In this document: in pieces, positions 34,315 to 45,907 of the stretch | How the letters are laid out: every line of letters starts with the position of its first letter | Numbering within the stretch: the stretch's first letter is position 1 | Source of the DNA: Octopus bimaculoides | Taxonomy: Eukaryota | Direction of reading: 5' to 3' | Assembly (NCBI RefSeq): GCF_001194135.2 | Contig: NC_068982.1 | Location: forward strand, 59,663,448 to 59,727,447 | Length of the DNA: 64,000 bases | The notes under the pieces: model-generated | What the model saw: only the letters and a program-made list of their open reading frames with translations | The model's database searches: none | Told to the model about the DNA's origin: nothing | Made by a program: the position numbers and the translations under genes

Positions 34315-34471
34315 CAATTGCAGCGTGGAAGGTGTTTATAAGCCATTTAAAAAACACACAAAAACCGTTAGATTCACTCCAACATTTAAATTTAATTTGC
34401 CGCAACCTGTTCACTGACAAAATTCCATGTGTTTCTTAAATGCCTTATAAGCACCTTCCACGCTACAATTG
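34315..34471. repeat. Fold-back with 43-bp arms
   Basis: caattgcagcgtggaaggtgtttataagccatttaaaaaacac vs rc of 34429-34471, 39/43 identical; 71-nt spacer. Confidence 0.85.
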
Positions 34472-34489
34472 TTTATATATATATATACT

Positions 34490-34765
34490 TTTATTCTTTT
34501 ACTGGTTTCAGTCATTTGACTGCGGCCATGCTGGAGCACCATCTTGAGGCGTTTTAGTCAAACAACTCGAAACCAGGACTTTTGTTAAGCTTAGTACTTA
34601 TTCTATCAGTCTCTTTTACTGAACTGCTAAGTTACAGGCACATAAATACACCAACACCGGCTGTCAAGTGGTGATGGACACAGACACACACACACAAATA
34701 TATATATATATATATATATATACGACAAGCTTCTTTCAGTTTCCATCAACCAAATCTACTCATAG
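34490..34765 (-). mobile_element. SINE family A (3' half plus truncated body)
   Basis: ctggtttcagtcatttgactgcggccatgctggagcacc...ttctttcagtttccatcaaccaaatc. Confidence 0.85.
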
Positions 34766-34775
34766 AGGTTCCAGA

Positions 34776-34882
34776 GGTTGGGGTTCCCGTTGTTCGGTCA
34801 ACCGAAGTATTTATTGAGTGTAAGCAACTCAGTATCCAATATATACTTGTCCTCTCCACATAAATCTCCGGAACACTCAACA
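34776..34882 (-). mobile_element. Tentative very short (107 bp) solo LTR
   Basis: Minus strand starts TGTTGAG, has a TATA-like gtatatatt, then AATAAA, and ends ...CCCCAACC (CA terminus mutated). Flanks ccaga/caaga give a 4/5 TSD. Confidence 0.45.
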
Positions 34883-35061
34883 CAAGACTTTGTGTGCATA
34901 TATATGCGTGCGTGTGTATGAGAACGAGAGACAGAAGACTAAGGTTTCTAATTCAAAGTACAGTCCATCTTGTACAAAGTGTAAGTACAACCAAAAGTCC
35001 TTCTCGAGCCACCGGCTCACATCACTGGGTTTCTTGGATTCTGTGGTATATAAAGGGTAAA

Positions 35062-35292
35062 AGTAAAGACCCCCCCCCTTCATTCATGCATGACCATGGG
35101 GTTGCACCTAGAAAGTTACCCTCTGAGGCACAAGTCTGGGTAAGGTTGTTTATGGAAGATCAGCAGCCACACATGCCTACCAGCCTCCCCTCTCCATGCC
35201 ATTGATGTTATCCAAGAGAAAGGCTAAGGGCAAGGCAGCTTGGTACCAGTGATGCTGCAACTCATTTCTACAGCTGAGTGAACTGGAGCAAC

Positions 35293-35295
<3 letters not shown>
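35062..35295 (-). mobile_element. SINE-like family D, 3' portion
   Basis: aagaccccc...catgaccatggggttgcacctagaaagttaccctc...ctacagctgagtgaactggagcaacgtg. Recognised as a common octopus repeat; a decayed relative lies near 4830-5000. Confidence 0.6.
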
Positions 35296-35345
<50 letters not shown>

Positions 35346-35360
35346 CGTGGGTATATATAT

Positions 35361-35797
35361 ATCATCATCATCATCATCATCGTTTAACGTCCACTTTCCA
35401 TGCTAGCATGGGTTGGACAATTTGACTGAGGACTGGCAAGCCAGAAGGCTACACCAGGCTCCAATCTGATCTGACAGAGATTCTACAGCTGGATGCCCTT
35501 CCTAACGCCAACCACTCCATGAGTGTAGTGGGTGCTTTTACGTGCCACCGGCACAAGGGCCAGTCATACGGTACTGGCAACAGCCACGTTCAAAAAGGTG
35601 TTTTTTACGTGCCACCTGCATGGGAGCCAGTCCAGCAACATTGGCAATGACCTCGCTCTAATGATTTTCTAACGTGCCACCAGCACAAGTGCTAGAAGGT
35701 GACACTGATAACGATTGCACTCAAATGGTGCTATTTACGGGCCACTAGCACGGAAGCCAGACAGCTGCTCTGGCAATGAACACGCTTGGACAGTGCT
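35361..35797 (-). mobile_element. Family E retro-repeat with multiple tandem 5' modules
   Basis: (CAT)n tail and cgtttaacgtcc...ggatgcccttcctaacgccaacc, followed by about 4 units containing ttttacgtgccacc. Confidence 0.88.
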
Positions 35798-35962
35798 GAT
35801 ATATATGAGATCCCCACTGGATGAGATGTTAATCCATCTCAGGATTACTCATTGGGGGTAAATGAAGTGTTTTGCTTATGAAACAGCTTACTACATGGTC
35901 TAGAAATCGAAACAACAATCTTATCATGAATGCAACACCCCAACCATTAAACCACGCAACAA

Positions 35963-36293
35963 GTTGTTGTTGGCACTCCGTCGCTTATGACGTCGAGGGT
36001 TCCAGTTGATCCGATCAATGGAACAGCCTGCTCATGAAATTAACGTGCAAGTGGCTGAGTACTCCACAGACTCATAAACCCTTAACGTAGTTCTCGGGGA
36101 TATTCAGCGTGACACAGTGTGACAAGGCTGACCCACAACAGAAACAGGAAGTAAGAGTGAGAGAAAGTTGTAGTGAAAGAGTACAGCAGGGTGTTTTTGC
36201 TCCATAAACACTCACAACACCCGGTCTGGGAATCGAAACAGCGATCCTATGACCGTGAGTCCGCTGCCCTAACCACTGGGCCATTGTGCCTCC
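35963..36293 (-). mobile_element. SINE family C, full length with small deletions
   Basis: Reverse complement of the 17293-17763 copy, including the segment hidden in that copy's N-gap. Confidence 0.9.
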
Positions 36294-36903
36294 ACACAAT
36301 ACAAGTATATTGTAATTAATAAGCGTAATATTCCACAGACGCTTGTACTCTTGAAGTATATTTTAAGTAGGTGGAGTATGGACCTGTGTGAATGTTTGTA
36401 ATTATGAATTGGATCTCTGGTTCACTCGGCATGTTTCTGTGCCGTTTTCATCTTTCGAATTACACTTACAAAACTTGGGCGAGCATCTTTTAAATAACTT
36501 CAAAATGTCGATCCAGTAATTCAATGAATTTCTTTCATAAAAGCTTTCGTGAAAATTCCCTTTTGAAAGAAATCAGCCAAATAAACAACTAATGAAACAT
36601 GGTTTTCCTTGTTTGGAACGAATGATTTGTATAAATTATATCCATTGACATCAATGAAAATCCTACTAGAAATATTTACACACTACAGTATATATATGTT
36701 TGTATGCAAATTCCGGAACAATGTCATAAAACAAATTGCAAAAAGAAAAGCTGAGAAGAAATGTCAATTTTCGTCAAGGCACAAAGGAAAATGTGATTTT
36801 TCTTTATAAAACAAAATACATCTTGTAAAAACTAAACCAAAGCATATTTTCTACTTTATTACTTTCCTTTGGGTGAATATTCACTCATTTATTATTCCTA
36901 TTA

Positions 36904-36937
<34 letters not shown>

Positions 36938-37325
36938 CATTATTATTATCATTATCATTATTACATTGTTGTTGTTGTTATTTTTATTTTGTTTTTCTAA
37001 TTATTTATTGTTGTTGCTGTAGCTGCTGTTTCTGTTTATCACCAGATAGAAGCAATGAAATTCATTGAACAATAGAAAACAAAAATCTTAGGAACAGTTC
37101 TAGCTATAAACAATTGATAATTATTCCCTATTGATGAAAGAATTAAGACCAATTGATTACAGCAGTTATTTTTCTCTTGACAGTTAAGTGATTTCTGTTT
37201 GTCATTTGTTGTTGGTGTTGTTGCGATTGTTGTTATTCTTCATGTTCGGTTATTATGCTTTTTCTTTTCTTTCGCAATAACTTTCTTGTTTTACTCTCAC
37301 CTCTTGCTTCCCCTCCTCTCTCACC

Positions 37326-37356
<31 letters not shown>

Positions 37357-37386
37357 GCTTTCATGTACACACGCAAGCAAACACAT

Positions 37387-37423
<37 letters not shown>

Positions 37424-39194
37424 GTGCGTACACACATTCATGAAATATTCAAATATTTTCAGATGTAATTATCATTGTTCATACATTTTCAAAATCCAGA
37501 ACGGAGTCCCAAGTGTAAGAATAATGACATTGGAGTGTCTTTTAAGATTTGTCATCAAAGAATGAAATGCGACAGAGGAGGGAGAAGGAGAAGTGTGTGT
37601 GTGGCTTCATATCACATATGTCCACACACACACGCACATATATGCCTATTTATATACACACAAACATAGACATATGTATAACCGAAGGCACACACAGAAC
37701 TATATTAGGATAAGTAATGCAGTTTTCTCTATAGAAAAATGTTAATGTGCTTAAACTCCCTAATGGCTATATTTCAGAGACCATATATTATATCTAACAT
37801 GTATACTTTGAAAATATTTATACCAGTAAAAACACTCATTTTGCTTTTATGAAAGAGCATTAGCAACATAAGTGAAGTGAAATGGTTCCGACTGGGAATT
37901 GACATTACATCCAAAATTCATTTTTATGCAAGCTTACCTCAACCATGTTTAAGTACAGCCCTATTATAGTAATAATGATTTCTAACACAGGCTAAAGGAT
38001 TCGTCATTGAGTGAAGGGGTCAGTCGATTATCTCTACCCTAGTATGAGTACATGACTAGAACTTTCTTTAGTCGGTTTTAGAATGATTTTATTTTTTTGG
38101 TCAGTAGAAGTGCAGCGTCCATGATCCATTTTCAGTGTTTCTAAGACTGAGGGGAGGAAACAAGCAAGATAATGGGGTCAGAGATCGAGCTTGATTGCTT
38201 CCAATTGTGTAGAATCAACTAATTGCGTTTGAAGATTAATATTTTCTTATTTTATCAATTTTTTTCTCCGTGTAGTTATGATTATTTTTACCATTTTTAC
38301 CTTTTATCAGGGCATGTTCCTCTTCCAAGAAGTCATTTTGTTTCGGATATTAGCAAAAACAAAAAAAAATGGGTAAAAATGACACACATGTTTTCGTTTG
38401 TATGAGTGCAGACATTCACTCAGGAAGCTACTCACTGGAAATTTTCCAAAAGAAAACTCCTTGTACTGGCAAAATATTTAAAATCCTTGGAAGGTTTTGG
38501 AACATGTCTGTTCACATCAAACAGAAACCCTGGTTGATGTCTTACTTTAACGACCCCAGAAGTGATAAAGGCACAGTTTTCTGGGGTGGAAGAAATTAAA
38601 TGTAACGAAGTACTACAAGACATTTCTTTTAACACTCTAATGATTCTGTCACCCATCACCGATTCTGTCTTTACAATAATAAGACAAAATCAAAATGGAA
38701 TTCCAAAATATATCACAGAAGGGAATGGAAAGAGAAACCACTCCTGCAAGACTCAACAGAGAGGAACTAAGCTTGAGTGAAAGCTTACTATGACTCAAAA
38801 GTTCTGGATTGGAAGTAAGAAACAGGATTGATTTCAGAGTTTCATTGGACATTTTACAATTACGTCATACACATGCCAGGATATAAAATAAACACAAAAA
38901 TGAAATAATGAAAATAGATACTAGCAATAAGTGTCGACATAGCATCCAATGCAGTGAGACAGTTCATTAGTTTCCCCAGTCCCTACTAATTTTGAATATT
39001 TCTATAGATGTGATTGAATCGGCAGCTATGTTCACTGCATATCATGACAACACTTTGCCATGAAATGGATAAGTTGTACCAAACATGATACATGGTAATA
39101 ACTAGACTACATCTAACTGGGACGTGCCTCACCAGGCTAACAAGAACAAGACAACCCATTCAGTTATAATAAAATAGTAATAATAATAATCCTC

Positions 39195-39630
39195 TCTGCT
39201 AAAGACACAAGGCAGGACTAGTTGATTACATCGACCCCAGTATTTTGCTGGTACTTAATTTATCAACTCCGAAAGGAGGAAAAGCAAAGTCGATCGAGGT
39301 GGGGTTTGAACTCAGGACATAAAAATGGACGAAATGTCGCTAAACATTTTTCCCCATGTGCTACCAATTCTGCCAGCTTGCTACCTTAAAAAAAAAAATT
39401 ATAAATAATAATAATAATAATAATGGTTTCAGATGTTGGCACATGGCCAGCAATTTTGGAGGAGGGAGTAAGTCAATTAAATCAATCCCAGTGCTTAACT
39501 GGTACTTATTTTATCAACCGAGAAATGACAAAAGGCAAAGTCGACATCAGCGGAATTTGAATTCAGAGATTGAAGACGGATTAAATGCCAAGTATTTGCC
39601 CAGTATACTAAAGATTCTGCCAGAAGGATC
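39195..39630 (-). mobile_element. Two SINE-B copies in tandem
   Basis: 39195-39385 and 39424-39630, separated by an A/(AAT)n tract. Confidence 0.8.
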
Positions 39631-40017
39631 TTGACCTCTCTTGATCAGAACATTCTTTCACAAGATGTGAAAATATTATTTAAGCACAAAGTTCTTGAAA
39701 TTCAAATAAGCAGGTCAGGGAATGTGAAAGTAAAAACATTATCATTAATAAATGGAGTGCTAAGTATAATAAAGAATATACGAATAAAATCATATTGGAT
39801 CGCACAATGTTATGAGATAACAAAAAGAAAACCCTGCCAGGCAAAGCCTTCATGCAGCATAAGGCATATTCACCTCAACAGCACTTATAAAAAGTGTGTG
39901 CTCTCTTTTAAAAGGTGGAAAGCCCCATGCAATGCATACTTGATGTAATCACAAACAAAGACTTTTACACAACACGTACAATACAATCACTGTGCAATGA
40001 AATAAGACAACACATAC

Positions 40018-40133
40018 CTTACATAACTGATGTCCAGCCCTCAATCGCAAATAACATGCACAATTATCTGCAATTGTCTCCCAATAATAACACAATTCAT
40101 TCAGTATATACTCTATGCAATCATCGTCCGACA
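40018..40133 (-). CDS. Candidate 116-nt exon (right-hand gene, minus-strand model)
   Basis: Acceptor gtgttttag|, consensus donor AAG|gtatgt. Single open frame SDDDCIEYILNELCYYWETIADNCACYLRLRAGHQLCK (phase 1-0). Confidence 0.33.
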
Positions 40134-40849
40134 CTAAAACACCACCACTTATATAACTCATACGAGACACAAAATCTATCTTAGAAAATAATACAGTTCA
40201 CATTGTATGACACTACACACACAAAAAAACCCCAAAAGGGCTTTAATGAGACCAAAGTTAGAATCCTAACCCCATTTGCTAAGTTATAAAGCTACTGCTA
40301 CAAGAGAACTGTGTATGTTTCACGTGTACATTCTATTTATCAATCAATTGGCATGCAGACAGCCACACCACAAAATTACAAAACAAAAGAAAATGTTCTT
40401 GAGATTCACACTCTTTTCTCTAGTTATAGGTTCTTTGGTAGTAAACATCTTCACAGAGGATTAAAGCAACCAGGAAACCCAGGAAACCCAGGAAACACAT
40501 ATCTCACCTCCCACATTCTTCTTTCCCACACACATTCTTTCCTCTCAAACAAACCAAACCAGACCAGAGCAGGACTTTAGTGAGATTTGACAGATTTACA
40601 TTCCCTTGTCTCTCATTCCAAGATAACCAATGACTGAGCAAACACAGTTAAAGACACATTTCACTCTTGCCCCTAAGCAAGCCAGAATTGTGAGTAGATT
40701 CAGATAAACTCACATCTCAAAATGCAAGATCAACTTGTTCCTGTTCATCAAGAAAGCAATTAATGACTAGAATTTAGACACCATGAAAAAGTCGATCACT
40801 ACATCCTAAGTCTCTTTACCAGTAAGTATCTGAAAAATCCTTTGACAGT

Positions 40850-41000
40850 GTGGTAAGAAGTTTGCTTCCCAACCACATGGTTTCAGGTTCAGTCCCACTA
40901 CGTGGCACCTTGAGCAAGTGTCTTCTACTATAGCCTTGGGCCCACCATAGCCTTGTGAGTGGATTTGGTAGACAGAAACCGAAAGAAGCCCATCGTATGT
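40850..41000 (+). mobile_element. SINE family A, 5' half
   Basis: gtgtggtaagaagtttgcttcccaaccacatgg...gaaagaagcccatcgtat. Confidence 0.85.
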
Positions 41001-41019
41001 GTATATATATGTGTGTGTG

Positions 41020-41058
<39 letters not shown>

Positions 41059-42051
41059 ACCAGAATAAAATAATGGGTAGTAATAAAAAGTATTTATATT
41101 TTCAATTAGATGGTAATTGTATTAGCAATACTAGATGAGAAAATAATGACTGTGTTTCAAATCCACCCACCAAATGTCACTGCATGGCCACAGAAGTATA
41201 TCTACCAGAAAATATTTACCCCAAGAAAGACTTTTTTTTAAATAACTACTTCAGAACTACAAAATATCGAGTAAATAATAAAGGGAAACTAACAGAAATA
41301 GCTAAAAATATTTCTGTACTCTGATAAATAATACACAGATGTAAGTAATATGGTAAAACAAAATAAATTAGGAAATTTAAAATGAGGTTACAAAATGTCA
41401 TGTTTAAATGTTGTCAAGTAAAACTCTTACATAAAGAAGAAGTGATGTCGAGAATATTTTCAGTATTAGCTGAGAAGTGCAAGGCTCAAAGATGAAATTA
41501 AAAGGGTTTTGTACACGGCTAGAATGTGAAATGAAGCAGGGTATAAACAAAATATGTGGAGATTGTAACAAAACAAACAAATTTTCTCTGGTTAATTAGT
41601 CTGAGTCAAAAAGGAGAATGTACAAATACAGACATGGCAGACTTCGAGATATCAACCAATAGAAACCATATCAGTATTCAGAAATACCCACAAAAACGAA
41701 GTAATACAAACACATTCCACAAAACATTTCAGATAATGACTAAGTGACTAAACTCTGGAATTTGTCATTTCGTACATATGTGGAGTTTAAGGCAAGTATT
41801 GATATTATTGTTAAAGTCAGCCCAAAAAATAAATAAATAGACAAATAAAAAAATAACTGCTTCCTAATCGATTTATTAATCCCAACAGATGACAATATCT
41901 CTTGACAAATGGTGGAGAAAATATCTACGTATTATGATCTGCAAGTAGAGATATCTACAATGTCCCAAATTAAAAACAAAATGCGATCTCTATAATAAAA
42001 CATAGCTTTGAGAATGATATAAGGAGATACAATAATCTCTCTCTCCCTACA

Positions 42052-42094
<43 letters not shown>

Positions 42095-42399
42095 NNNNNN
42101 NNNNATATATATGTATATTGTAACATCCAATATATTATTTTATTTTTGTTCTCATATTTCCCTTTATACTTCCTATATCTCTCCCTTTCCAAAATAAATT
42201 CCTATATTGAACTCTACTATTCCCTTCTATTTAACTCTCTCATAGTGTCTCTGATGATGGGATATCCCTCATTTCCCTGACATAGATGTAAAACTATCTT
42301 TCTCTTTATAAATGTCTGAGAAATTTCACACTGCCTTAGCTTTTTTAGAAATAATACATTTCTAAATCTCTCAGAGAGATTTATGCAGTAGTGATACGA

Positions 42400-42612
42400 T
42401 GAAGTAGTTGTATGCTGTCAACTTAATGTGACAGTCCCCTCTGGGTGCAGGCTTAGCTGGGTGGAGGTGCTTGTCTCCCCCTTGTAAACATAAGAACACA
42501 GGAAATGCGTCAAGGCCGACAGGAAGCAGTGCAGCTTCCTAGGTCTAACCAACAGTAGTATTATTCCCTTCAGGAGACTGTCACATTAAGTTGACAGTAT
42601 ACAACTACTTCA
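42400..42612. mobile_element. 213-bp MITE with 37-bp TIRs, superfamily unassigned
   Basis: tgaagtagttgtatgctgtcaacttaatgtgacagtc vs rc of 42576-42612, 36/37 identical. No clear TSD. Confidence 0.82.
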
Positions 42613-42662
42613 ATGCCTTAGCTTTATTGTCCCATTTTGTTATTATTATTATTATTTATATA

Positions 42663-43398
42663 TGAGGTCTGATCAATAAGTATCCGGACTGCCACCCTAC
42701 TAATGAAGCTAAAGCACGCAGAGTGAAGCCGCTGGACAAAGAGTGACCTTGAAATTTGCAGTGCATGTGCACTAAGTTTTAACATTCTAGCATACTTCCG
42801 CTGTTTACAGCAGAGCTTCGAAGGAAGGTGTGTAGCTTGTGATCGTCGCATTGACCATGACAGAAAATGTCACAGTGATACCTGCTCAGAGGCCTATGAA
42901 AAGTTGCAGAAAGTGTATGGAGAGGGGTGTATGAGATGCATGCAAGTATGAGTGATTCAGATGTGTCCTAGATGATCAGAAAAATGTCGATATTGACGAA
43001 TGTTCTGGGAGACCTGCAATCAACAGAACTGAGAAAAACATCGCAGCTGTGAGGGGAAATCGTTGGATCACCATCCATGAGTTATCAGAGAATGTGCAGA
43101 TTAGTTACAGTTCAGTTCAGTGCAATATTACTGAAGATTTGGGTATAAGACGCATGTTTGCCAAGTTTGTGCCAAAACTGCTTTAAGCTGACCAAAACAA
43201 CACTCAGGTTTCAGTTGCACAAGATCTCCATGATTGTGTTGGGAATGACGAAAACTTTTTTGAAAACTTTGTAGGCCTCTGAGCTGGTATCACCTAGCTT
43301 TTGGTGAAATTTGATGCAGATTCTCTGCTCAGCTTTCTGTCATGGTCAATGCGATGATCACATGCTACACACCTTCCTTCCAAGCACTGCTGTAAACA
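42663..43398 (+). mobile_element. Deleted mariner (N-terminal transposase only) with inverted copy of its own 5' region
   Basis: TA plus TIR tgaggtctgatcaataagtatccggact. Decayed translation EAYEKLQKVYGE...DECSGRPA...ITIHELSE...EDLGIRRMFAKFVPKLL. 42802-42866 vs rc 43334-43398 is 61/65 identical. Confidence 0.85.
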
Positions 43399-43540
43399 TG
43401 CACCTACCTTCTACAATAATTGCTCAAAGGTTAAAGCATGCAGGAATGATCAGAATGAACTTTTGACTGATAGACCAGGTTCTGATAAGTAGCCTTTCAA
43501 TATGACCATCAGACAGACTGCAGCCACATCGGAATCTTAC

Positions 43541-43611
43541 TAAGATGTTGGATTAAATGAGGTGGTGATTGTTTTGGATGGATCTGCTCGGGATCCCAGT
43601 TTTGTGAAACA
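43541..43611 (-). CDS. Candidate 71-nt exon (minus-strand model)
   Basis: Acceptor atcttcattatttag|, donor TTA|gtaaga. Reads VSQNWDPEQIHPKQSPPHLIQHL, and its phase-1 end joins 40133 as ...QHL-M-SDDD. Confidence 0.28.
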
Positions 43612-45728
43612 CTAAATAATGAAGATAAACACTAACCTTTTTCTGAATAACCTAACCTTTAATTCGTTAAATCTGTTTAGTAGATTTATAATTTGAAATC
43701 ATAAATCATCTTGCTCTGCTACATGTTCTTCCTCTCCATTGTCATTATTCTCAGGTTGACATATCTGGTAACGTGTGTTCACTCCGAGATGTCTCCATGC
43801 TTACATTCAGAAGCCCCCTTCATAAAGATAACAGCAAACCTACTGTTGTTACCCTTGTCTTAACAAATCATTTTCTTCATTTCAGCTGCACAAATGTTTA
43901 TCTATCAGATACTCATGTTGCAATGGTATTTTTTTAGCAACTTGTTCAGGATTAAATAACATGTAAACACCAACTAATTCATAAGAGGTTGATGACTGAT
44001 CTTATTTCTTTTATGATTTGTTGTAAATCTTCTCTAGGCGGGTTTCCAAGTAACCTTATCTTACAGTAGACACATCACATCTAAAATTAGTAATTTATTC
44101 TTCAGTTTCTTCTGCAATGTCTTTTTGGAAGTGTAATCCCTTCCTCCATATTGATGTACTGACGATTTTCTTCAAATATTTTTCTCCATTATGTTTAAAT
44201 TGAACCGTTTACATGAAGCTATCATGTTGCAAAATATTTTTACTCAGAGAGTCCTCGAGTTTGTTACTGCTATTTTTCTTTATATATTCGTGTTAAGACA
44301 TATTTCACTCTAAGTACATTCGGACGTGGAAAGACCTTTTGCTGCATAAATAATCTCAGAAGAAAATTCTCTTGCTATACAACATGGGTGAAAACATGTT
44401 GGATTGTGAATGACATGCATTTCTGTGTTTTGTATCATTAGCTATGAAAAACAAATCTGCCTTTCACAGCCAGAAAAGAATGATTCATTTTTATGTTACA
44501 GCATCAAGCAATGCATTCACTGATATGTGCAGAGATGGGTCAAAGTAGAATTAATTAACTGAAGTTGCGTGTTTTTAAAAACAACTGTTTTATTGTCACT
44601 GTTTAATAACAGTAAAGGTAAAAATCCTGATAGGACAGATTTATGATCTAAGCCATTCCAACAATAGATATTCCATCTTAATTTCTTCGTATATAATGTA
44701 ATATCCAATATGCTCTTTTTTTTATGATGATGGGACGTAAATTGAGAGATATTTTACAGCTACTGCCAGCAGGTCAGGCAGTCACCCGATGGTTCCATCG
44801 TGGCCTTTGTTGTTGTTAGACATGTAGTCACATATACCCAAAGTATTATGTGGCACATGTATTATCATTTCTGTTTGATATATTTCTGAACTTTGCTGTC
44901 CTTGTTTGATGTGCTTGTGTTACTTTTTGTTATGTGTGACTGTGATACCTTCTATGTTTTATATAAATTGTTTTATTCTCTATTATAAGTGTGATCATGT
45001 TACTGTTTGTGTCTGCTTACAAATGAGTCATTTTCTATTATATGTGTTGTGTTACTGACCCTATTTAATTCATATGTCTTATTTTCCTATTATTTTGTGT
45101 GATAGTATTCCTATATACATTTGATATGTATATATGCCTATGATAGTATTGTTCTTTGTATTTGATATTTTTTTTTATTTTCTAATATATACGTGTATTG
45201 TTCTCTGTATTTGATATATTCATAATATTTTCTAGTATGTGTGCAAGTGCTTCTACCAGTGTCTGCTCTAGTTGTCAATTGAAAATTCTTAGAAGCATTC
45301 AAAACAATGAAATATTCCTCCTCCACCAAGAAAGGAGGTAGCTAACACTATTAACGAAGTCATTACCCATTATTTTCGTAGTAACAACACTGCCAAAGAT
45401 TCTGCAAGAAGATAAAGCAGAATATTTTTTAAAAAGGTAAAAACAGGAAACCAATACTTTTACCCACCAGAATATAAAAATTTCAAATTTTGACCAGCAT
45501 GCTTTTGGATATATTAATAAAATAAAAGCTCAACATTTCATTTATATTAAAAAAAGCATTAACAAGTCGCTAATCCAAACAGGAATGGTTTGAAGTCATC
45601 TTGTTATATAATAATCATTATCTAATAATTGATAATACTAACAGTGACATTAGTAGTATAGTTAATTATTAAATTTTGCATAGGTACAAGGCCACACTTT
45701 TTATTGGAGGAAGAATTCAATTTAATAC

Positions 45729-45907
45729 CAAATCATTATTATCCACAAGTGTGGTGTAGCCATCAAAAGTCATTGACATCTTGCACTTTGAATATTTTGG
45801 GCTGCTAGTCAGCAAGGCATCACTCAGAAGCAGACACAATTCATTTTTAGCTGAGAGGAAGAGGTGTAATGAAAAATTGTTTTGCCCATCTTGTCCAGAA
45901 GTCAAAC
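45729..45907 (-). CDS. Candidate 179-nt exon (minus-strand model)
   Basis: Acceptor aatttgtag|, donor TTG|gtatta. 59 open codons LTSGQDGQNNFSLHLFLSAKNELCLLLSDALLTSSPKYSKCKMSMTFDGYTTLVDNNDL. Confidence 0.3.

Noticed and set aside
17293-36293. tRNA genes (tRNA-like heads of SINE-A/B/C)
   Set aside because: A/B boxes are present, but there is no complete cloverleaf and each continues into a SINE body.
38311-38780. Overlapping 70-76-aa ORFs on both strands (including a cNMP-like NCAFITSGVVKV)
   Set aside because: Protein-like but with no consistent frame or diagnostic motif; cannot choose between exon and decayed TE.
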